Assembly: GCA_039588295.1 (NCBI GenBank) | Contig: JBDHAB010000055.1 | Span: 1-16,414, forward strand | Source: Gemmatimonadota bacterium | GTDB taxonomy: Bacteria; Gemmatimonadota; Gemmatimonadetes; Gemmatimonadales; GWC2-71-9 | Length of the DNA stretch: 16,414 nucleotides | Direction: 5' to 3' | In this document: positions 1 to 4,893 of the stretch, piece by piece | Numbering within the stretch: the stretch's first letter is position 1 | Layout: each line of letters starts with the position of its first letter | The notes under the pieces: generated by a model | Databases searched by the model: none | Told to the model about the DNA's origin: nothing | The model's input: the letters and a program-made list of their open reading frames with translations, nothing else | Made by a program: the position numbers and the translations under genes

Positions 1-577
1 CGGATATCGGCGCCTGGGGTGACGAAGCGACCAACGCGGGATGCGCTTCGGGCAGCGCCGCCGCAGCATAGAACCCGGGATACGAGATCCCCCACATGCC
101 CACCTTGCCGTTATTCCGCTCCACGTTGGCGAGCAGCCATTCGATCGTGTCGTAGGTGTCCGAGCTCTCGTCGATCTCGCTATCACCCGGGACGTGCGGC
201 CGCATGTTGTCGTACAGCCCGTCGGACATGTAGCGTCCCCGAACGTCCTGGCAGACGAAGATGTACCCCTCGTCCACGAGGTAGAGCGAAGGGACGATTT
301 GCCCCGGGTAGCGCCCCTCGCCATAGGGACCACAGCTGTACGGCGTGCGATTCAGCAAGAACGGGTACTCGGCGGTCGTGTCAGTGGGTGCGTACACGGT
401 GGTATGGAGCTCTACCCCGTCCCGCATCGCAATCCGGTATTCGTGCTTGGTGTAGCGTTCCCGGATGTTGATTGGGCCGGGTCGGTCCTGTGCGCCGACA
501 TCACACGCGAGGAGCGGTGTGAGCAGGACCACCGCCATGAGTCCGGTTGTCAGCCACCTGGCACGTGCATGCGTCAT
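1..577 (-). CDS. CocE/NonD family alpha/beta hydrolase (alpha-amino acid ester hydrolase / X-Pro dipeptidyl peptidase-like), secreted; 5' part only, runs off the window start
   Basis: Not in the ORF track because no stop falls in the window. Manual translation from ATG 577: MTHARARWLTTGLMAVVLLTPLLACDVGAQ (signal peptide)...IAMRDGVELHT...LLNRTPY...GYIFVCQDVRGRYMSDG...DTYDTIEWL...GKVGMWGISYPG (nucleophile motif GxSYxG)...HPALVASSPQAP. Purine-rich GAAAGAGA lies upstream. Confidence 0.93.
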   Translation of the reverse strand, partial: MTHARARWLTTGLMAVVLLTPLLACDVGAQDRPGPINIRERYTKHEYRIAMRDGVELHTTVYAPTDTTAEYPFLLNRTPYSCGPYGEGRYPGQIVPSLYLVDEGYIFVCQDVRGRYMSDGLYDNMRPHVPGDSEIDESSDTYDTIEWLLANVERNNGKVGMWGISYPGFYAAAALPEAHPALVASSPQAPIS

Positions 578-841
578 CGGATTCTCTTTCGGTTGAGCCG
601 TCGAGCGAGGGGTGGACACTCGGCCCTGAGCCCGTACTGGCCCCGGGCGCCGCTGGCCGATAGGTGCCGCCGCCGGTCATTCACGTGACGTGGAGTCGGG
701 ATCGGTTGGTTGTCGGGGAGCCTGGGACGTCGTAAGTCGAGGTCTCTCGTCCGGACGGTACTCGGAAACGGCTGATCCGGGAAGACGGGGTGGAAGGGCG
801 GGTGACCGCAAAGAGGATTCGCAGTCCCCGACCGCTTCGTT

Positions 842-895
842 CCCGTTTTGGCACATCTGGCCGGTCCTGAGTACCGAATCGGCGTGAGAAACGGG
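842..895. promoter_or_regulatory. Candidate upstream activator (enhancer) region for a sigma54 activator
   Basis: Inverted pair CCCGTTT (842-848) / AAACGGG (889-895), about 100-155 bp upstream of the predicted sigma54 start site. This is the usual enhancer distance. Confidence 0.3.
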
Positions 896-941
896 CCAAG
901 CCTGGCCAGCCTCTACGAGGTCGAACGCCGTAACCTCCAGT

Positions 942-955
942 AATCAAATAGCTTA
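942..955 (+). promoter_or_regulatory. IHF-like binding site
   Basis: AATCAAATAGCTTA, a near match to WATCAANNNNTTR (spacer one base long). It is an AT-rich patch in GC-rich DNA, just upstream of the -24 box. Confidence 0.45.
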
Positions 956-971
956 CACTGTTCGCCCGACC

Positions 972-986
972 TGGCATGTCCGTTGC
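972..986 (+). promoter_or_regulatory. sigma54 (RpoN) -24/-12 promoter for the 1096..2259 lipoprotein gene
   Basis: TGGCATG-TCCG-TTGC, with GG at 973-974 and GC at 985-986. The GG-N10-GC spacing is exact and there is one mismatch to TGGCACG-N4-TTGC. Predicted TSS is near 998. Confidence 0.7.
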
Positions 987-1095
987 CTATGGTAAGCGCG
1001 AAGGATTCGCGTTCCGTCCAGAGTGTGGAGGGTGCTGCCCTGCGGGGTGGCAACGGCGTTCTGATCGTTTTGTCCCAACCAGAGGAGTAGAACGG

Positions 1096-2259
1096 ATGTC
1101 TAAGGCTCATCGTAACCTGATCGGCGCTGTGCTTGGCGTGGTGGCCGTCACCGCGTCCGGCTGTGCGTCGACCGGGTCAATGGCAACGTCGCAGGATCCG
1201 GTCATGGCCGCGCAGACCGAGCGCATCACGTCGCTCGAGGATTCGGTCAAGACCATGCAGCAGGAGTTGCAGCAGCGCTCGACGCAGGTCGAGGCGGAGC
1301 GGAAAGCCGCCGCAGAAGCGCGGCAGGCTGCAGCCAACGTTCAGCAGCAGGCGGCACTCGTCAAGCCGGCTGGCGGTTTCACGGAGCTCCTGCCTCCGAA
1401 TGCCAAGCCCGGTGAATGCTACGCGCGCGTGTTCATCCCGCCCACGTACAAGACGACCACCGAGCGCGTGTTAGCGCATGATTCGGTCGTCAATGTGCAA
1501 GTCACCCCGGCACAGTATCGTTGGGCCGAAGAGCGGGTGGTGGTTCGCGAAGCATCGCAGCGGCTTGAAGTCGTGCCCGCGACCTACGAGTGGGTTGAGG
1601 AGCGGGTGATGGTGAAGCCCGCCACCACGCGGCTCGAGCAGGTTCCCGCCGTGTATGAGACCGTTACGGAGAAAGTGCTCGACCAGCCGGCGCATCAGGT
1701 GTGGAAGCCGGGCCGGGGACCGATCGAGAGAATCAACGAAGCCACCGGCGAGATCATGTGCCTGGTGGATGTTCCCGCGACCTACAAGACCGTAGAGCGG
1801 CGTGTGCTCAAGACCCCTGCGCGGACGCGCGAAGTGCAGATTCCCGCCGAGTATGAGACCGTCAGGCGCCGTAAGGTCAAGACGCCCGCGACCACGCGGA
1901 CGATCGAGATCCCCGCGCAGTACGAGACGATCCGTGTGCGGCAGCTCGCCTCGCCGCCGCAGGAGAAGCGCACCGTTACCCCGGCGCGGTATCAGACGGT
2001 CACGAAGTCCGAGCTAGCCACCGAAGGCCGGATGGAGTGGCGATCGATTCTGTGCGAGACCAACACCACGCCGACGGTCGTCTCGGACATTCAGCGGGCA
2101 CTGGCCCGGGCCGGACACAACCCCGGTCCGATCGACGGAGTCATCGGCCGGCGCACGCTCTCGGCGGTCAAGTCCTACCAGCAGGCAAAAGGGCTCAGCC
2201 AGGCCGGACTCACCATGGCGACCCTGAAGTCGCTGGGCATCATGGCAGGCACCCGGTAG
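1096..2259 (+). CDS. Lipoprotein (387 aa): coiled coil, 8 x 23-aa PAxY repeats, C-terminal PG_binding_1-type peptidoglycan-binding domain
   Basis: The start is moved from 976 to ATG 1096 because of the SD AGAGGAG at 1081-1087. Signal peptide MSKAHRNLIGAVLGVVAVTASG-C has a lipobox. A Q/E/A-rich heptad segment follows. The C-terminus VSDIQRALARAGHNPGPIDGVIGRRTLSAVKSYQQAKGL is typical of PG_binding_1. Confidence 0.88.
   Translation: MSKAHRNLIGAVLGVVAVTASGCASTGSMATSQDPVMAAQTERITSLEDSVKTMQQELQQRSTQVEAERKAAAEARQAAANVQQQAALVKPAGGFTELLPPNAKPGECYARVFIPPTYKTTTERVLAHDSVVNVQVTPAQYRWAEERVVVREASQRLEVVPATYEWVEERVMVKPATTRLEQVPAVYETVTEKVLDQPAHQVWKPGRGPIERINEATGEIMCLVDVPATYKTVERRVLKTPARTREVQIPAEYETVRRRKVKTPATTRTIEIPAQYETIRVRQLASPPQEKRTVTPARYQTVTKSELATEGRMEWRSILCETNTTPTVVSDIQRALARAGHNPGPIDGVIGRRTLSAVKSYQQAKGLSQAGLTMATLKSLGIMAGTR
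1438..2040 (+). repeat. Intragenic 23-aa (69-nt) repeats, 4 + 4 copies around a central non-repeat segment
   Basis: Units begin PPTY, PAQY, PATY, PAVY, then PATY, PAEY, PAQY, PARY. Spacing is exactly 23 residues within each block. Confidence 0.9.
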
Positions 2260-2286
2260 TCTCAGTATCGGTGCCACAGAGCATCT

Positions 2287-2319
2287 GGGACGGGCCGAAG
2301 TCGGCCCGTCCCTCTTTTT
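2287..2319 (+). terminator. Rho-independent terminator
   Basis: Perfect 11-bp stem GGGACGGGCCG / CGGCCCGTCCC, loop AAGT, tail TCTTTTT. It lies 27 nt after the stop at 2259. Confidence 0.88.
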
Positions 2320-2348
2320 GCCGCAGTGCCATCGTCCCTCCCACCATT

Positions 2349-2364
2349 TGTGACTCAGCGCACC
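2349..2364. promoter_or_regulatory. Degenerate CRP-family box
   Basis: TGTGA-CTCAGC-GCACC (8/10 to TGTGA-N6-TCACA), at the position homologous to the perfect box at 4085-4100. Confidence 0.4.
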
Positions 2365-2502
2365 GTGGTACAGGACCTCCTTCCCGTAGTGATTGACCAG
2401 CAGGGATAGCCTCGCCGATCGTCGGGCCATCGGTACCGGACGCCGCAGGTTTGATCCTGCACGGGGCAGTAGCCACAGACCCGCCACCGAAAGAGGCTCA
2501 GC

Positions 2503-3981
2503 ATGCGGCCTGGCGCCGGTCCTCCTGAGTGCAGTAGGCGAGGCACCCCTGTCGCGTCGGTGGGATTGCTCGGCGTGCTTCTGCACGTGGTACTGCAAAC
2601 CGCGTCTGCCCAGACTCCCTCCGCTCCTCTGTCCACCGCTCAGATCGCATCCCGTTCGGTTCCGGCCACCGTGACGGTCATGACGGTCGACGCCAACGGA
2701 GACACGATTGGCCATGGAAGCGGGTTTCTCCTCGGCTCGTTCGGGGTGTTGGTGACGAACTGGCATGTGCTGCGAGGCGCGGTGGCAGCGGCGGTGGCAC
2801 TGCCGGACGGACGGCGGTACGAACAGGTGAGCTTCTTTCGGGGTGACTCGCTGGCCGATATCGCGCTGCTCAAGATCTCCGCATCCGGTTTGCCGACACT
2901 CACGCCGTGCGATACCGAGCCCGAGGTCGGTGAGCCAGTTGTGGCGATCGGAAGTCCGCTCGGATTCGCTGGCACGGTCTCGGTGGGAATCGTGAGCGCG
3001 ACACGGGTTGAGAACGGAGTGAACGTCCTCCAGATCTCGGCTCCCCTCAGTCCAGGCTCGAGCGGCGGCCCGGTCCTGGATACCGAAGGGTGCGTCGTGG
3101 CCGTCGCCGCCGCGTACGTCGAAGAGGCTCCGTACATCGGCTTCGCGACACCGGTTCGCTACGTTACGCGACTGCTTGATGGGCCGGCTACCGAACGCCC
3201 ACTCGAAGAGGTGTTCGGGGCAGCGGCGTCGGACAACGTCGAGATGGGCGGTGACCGTGCGTCGACCACCGACATGGACCTCGATCGGCTAGACGTGTAC
3301 CAAGCGGCCGCGCGCGGGGAGCCCGAGGCGGAGTACCAACTTGGGCTGCGGTACGTGGGTGGGCTGGGCGTACCACGGGATGACGTAGCGGCGACGGCTT
3401 GGTTCCGCCGTGCAGCCCAGAAGGGACTCGCGCGTGCGCAGTACAACCTCGGAGCCATGTACGCTGTGGGGCTGGGGGTGGAGCAAAACGACGTCGAGGC
3501 GGCGCGGTGGGTCCGCATGGCTGCGGAGCAGGGTGTGGCCGAGGCGCAGCACGACCTCGGCATGTTCTACGCGTCGGGTGCAGGCGTTGGGGAGGATCCC
3601 AGCGAAGCGGCGCGGTGGTACCGAGAGGCGGCCGAGCAGGGGCACGCGCGAGCGCAGTTCTGTCTCGGGGCCATGTATCGAACTGGGCGCGGGGTTCCAC
3701 GGAATGATGTGCGGGCGGCGCAATGGTACCGCGTCGCGGCTGACGAAGGGCTCGTCGAGGCACAGCACAACCTTGGCGTCATGTATGCGTTGGGCGAGGG
3801 CGTGCCGCAGGATCTCGTGCAGGCGTACCAGTGGTTGAACCTGGCCGCCACCGCACAGAGCGGTGAACCGTCGGCGAGTGCGGCCCGCACGCTGGACGAT
3901 CTCGCTCGGCAGATGCGGCCGGCACAGATCGCCGAAGCCCAGCGACGCTCCATGGAATGGAGGCGTGGGGCCAACCGGTAG
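2503..3981 (+). CDS. Secreted trypsin-like (S1, HtrA-type catalytic domain, no PDZ) serine protease fused to five Sel1-like repeats
   Basis: Signal-like VGLLGVLLHVVLQTASA|Q. Motifs GSGF, LVTNWHVL (His), DIALLKI (Asp) and LSPGSSGGPVL (Ser). Five 36-aa repeats of the form AQYNLGxMYxxGxGVxxDxxxAxxWYxxAAxxG. SD-like GAAAGAGG upstream. Confidence 0.92.
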   Translation: MRPGAGPPECSRRGTPVASVGLLGVLLHVVLQTASAQTPSAPLSTAQIASRSVPATVTVMTVDANGDTIGHGSGFLLGSFGVLVTNWHVLRGAVAAAVALPDGRRYEQVSFFRGDSLADIALLKISASGLPTLTPCDTEPEVGEPVVAIGSPLGFAGTVSVGIVSATRVENGVNVLQISAPLSPGSSGGPVLDTEGCVVAVAAAYVEEAPYIGFATPVRYVTRLLDGPATERPLEEVFGAAASDNVEMGGDRASTTDMDLDRLDVYQAAARGEPEAEYQLGLRYVGGLGVPRDDVAATAWFRRAAQKGLARAQYNLGAMYAVGLGVEQNDVEAARWVRMAAEQGVAEAQHDLGMFYASGAGVGEDPSEAARWYREAAEQGHARAQFCLGAMYRTGRGVPRNDVRAAQWYRVAADEGLVEAQHNLGVMYALGEGVPQDLVQAYQWLNLAATAQSGEPSASAARTLDDLARQMRPAQIAEAQRRSMEWRRGANR

Positions 3982-4007
3982 ACGCGGCATCGGCCCCATC
4001 GGTACTT

Positions 4008-4037
4008 GGGACAGGCCGAAGGCGGCCCGTCCCCTTT
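4008..4037 (+). terminator. Rho-independent terminator-like hairpin, paralogous to 2287-2319
   Basis: GGGACAGGCCG-AAGG-CGGCCCGTCCC (one A.C mismatch) with a short CTTT tail, 26 nt after the stop at 3981. Confidence 0.65.
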
Positions 4038-4084
4038 GCACAGGATTCACCCGTCCATCCGCCCATTCGTCCGTCCTCCCGTCA

Positions 4085-4100
4085 TGTGAGATCCATCACA
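4085..4100. promoter_or_regulatory. CRP-family binding site
   Basis: Perfect TGTGA-GATCCA-TCACA. If centred at -41.5, the -10 hexamer is CATTTT (4122-4127), which keeps A-11 and T-7. Confidence 0.65.
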
Positions 4101-4211
4101 CGGGACTCCGGTCCCGGGGCTCATTTTGCCCCATGCATGAGGCGCCGGTAGGGGCGTGGGGGGAGTAAGCGGTCGCGACCGGCCCTCGGCCACGAGTAGG
4201 AGGGACCACTT

Positions 4212-4742
4212 ATGAGTAGTCGAATCAAACGGTGGCTGATCGTACTCGGGGGGGTTGGCGTGGCGTACGTCGCGCTCAATGTCGCCCTGGTGGGAGGACA
4301 TGTTCTGAAACACCGGGACGATCGGGCCAGTCTGAAGGCCCTCGCGGACCAACTCGAGACCGAGCGCATCGAGATCGAGCGGCTCGAGGGTCAGCTCACC
4401 CTCTTGGAGGGTTCGCTCGAGCAAACCGAAGTGGGACTGGGGCGACTCGGCCGATGGATCGAGAGCATCGAATCGCAGTATCCTCGCGGGATACCGAGCA
4501 TTCGGTACGAGGAGTACACGTCGACCGTCGGTCGCTACAACACGATGATCCAGGACTACAACGAGACGCTTGCTAGCTACCAGGAACTTCAACCCGAGTA
4601 CTCGGCCCGCATCGATACGTTCAACGTCCACGCCGAGGAGGCCAACGCGCTAGCGGAGAAGATCGGGAACGTGCCCAACGCGCTTCCCATCGATCTCCCC
4701 CGCGCGCAGCCTCTCGAGCTCGCAGTCACGAACCCACGGTGA
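4212..4742 (+). CDS. Hypothetical membrane-anchored coiled-coil protein (176 aa)
   Basis: Strong SD AGGAGG upstream. One N-terminal hydrophobic helix (WLIVLGGVGVAYVALNVALVGG), then two heptad-rich helices separated by YPRGIP. Confidence 0.82.
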   Translation: MSSRIKRWLIVLGGVGVAYVALNVALVGGHVLKHRDDRASLKALADQLETERIEIERLEGQLTLLEGSLEQTEVGLGRLGRWIESIESQYPRGIPSIRYEEYTSTVGRYNTMIQDYNETLASYQELQPEYSARIDTFNVHAEEANALAEKIGNVPNALPIDLPRAQPLELAVTNPR

Positions 4743-4768
4743 GCGAGGCGGCGACACCGCCGTCGCTC
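4741..4768 (+). terminator. GC-rich hairpin overlapping the stop of 4212..4742
   Basis: GAGCGA-GGCGG / CCGCC-G-TCGCTC: 11 bp with a one-base bulge, loop CGACA, no good U tail. Confidence 0.4.
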
Positions 4769-4775
4769 GGTTCCT

Positions 4776-4840
4776 AGCCCCCCTGGCGGCCGGATGGACT
4801 GCTCCCGAGTCTGTCCAGCGCCGCCGGGGGGGTTTAGTTT
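4776..4840 (+). terminator. Long RNA hairpin with U-rich tail (terminator or attenuator) upstream of the KamA-like gene
   Basis: Outer stem 4776-4790 / 4820-4834 (15 bp) and inner stem 4792-4800 / 4808-4816 (9 bp). Four G.U pairs form on the + strand, followed by TAGTTT. Confidence 0.55.
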
Positions 4841-4893
4841 AGCTCGATAGGAAATACCGGCCGCACCCTGCCACTCGGCACCGGAGTCGAGCC

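Noticed and set aside
41..688. 215-aa + strand ORF (and 19..471)
   Set aside because: Antisense shadow of the - strand CocE/NonD hydrolase, which carries the recognisable motifs.
849..863. TGGCAC as a second sigma54 -24 box
   Set aside because: There is no GC at the -12 position (CG at 862-863).
976..1095. 40-aa N-terminal extension of the lipoprotein ORF
   Set aside because: ATG 976 lies inside the sigma54 box; the SD and lipoprotein signal peptide fit ATG 1096.
681..1110. Short ORFs 681..977 (-), 690..887 (+) and 913..1110 (-)
   Set aside because: Arg/Gly/Pro/Ser-rich with no motifs; the region is better explained as divergent promoter DNA.
2253..4100. Duplicated module as a CRISPR array or IS ends
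   Set aside because: Only two diverged direct copies 1.7 kb apart, with no spacers, cas genes, transposase or terminal inverted repeats.
4772..4843. Long hairpin as an integron attC site
   Set aside because: The ends (TCCTAGC / GTTTAGT) do not fit RYYYAAC / GTTRRRY, and no integrase or second copy is present.
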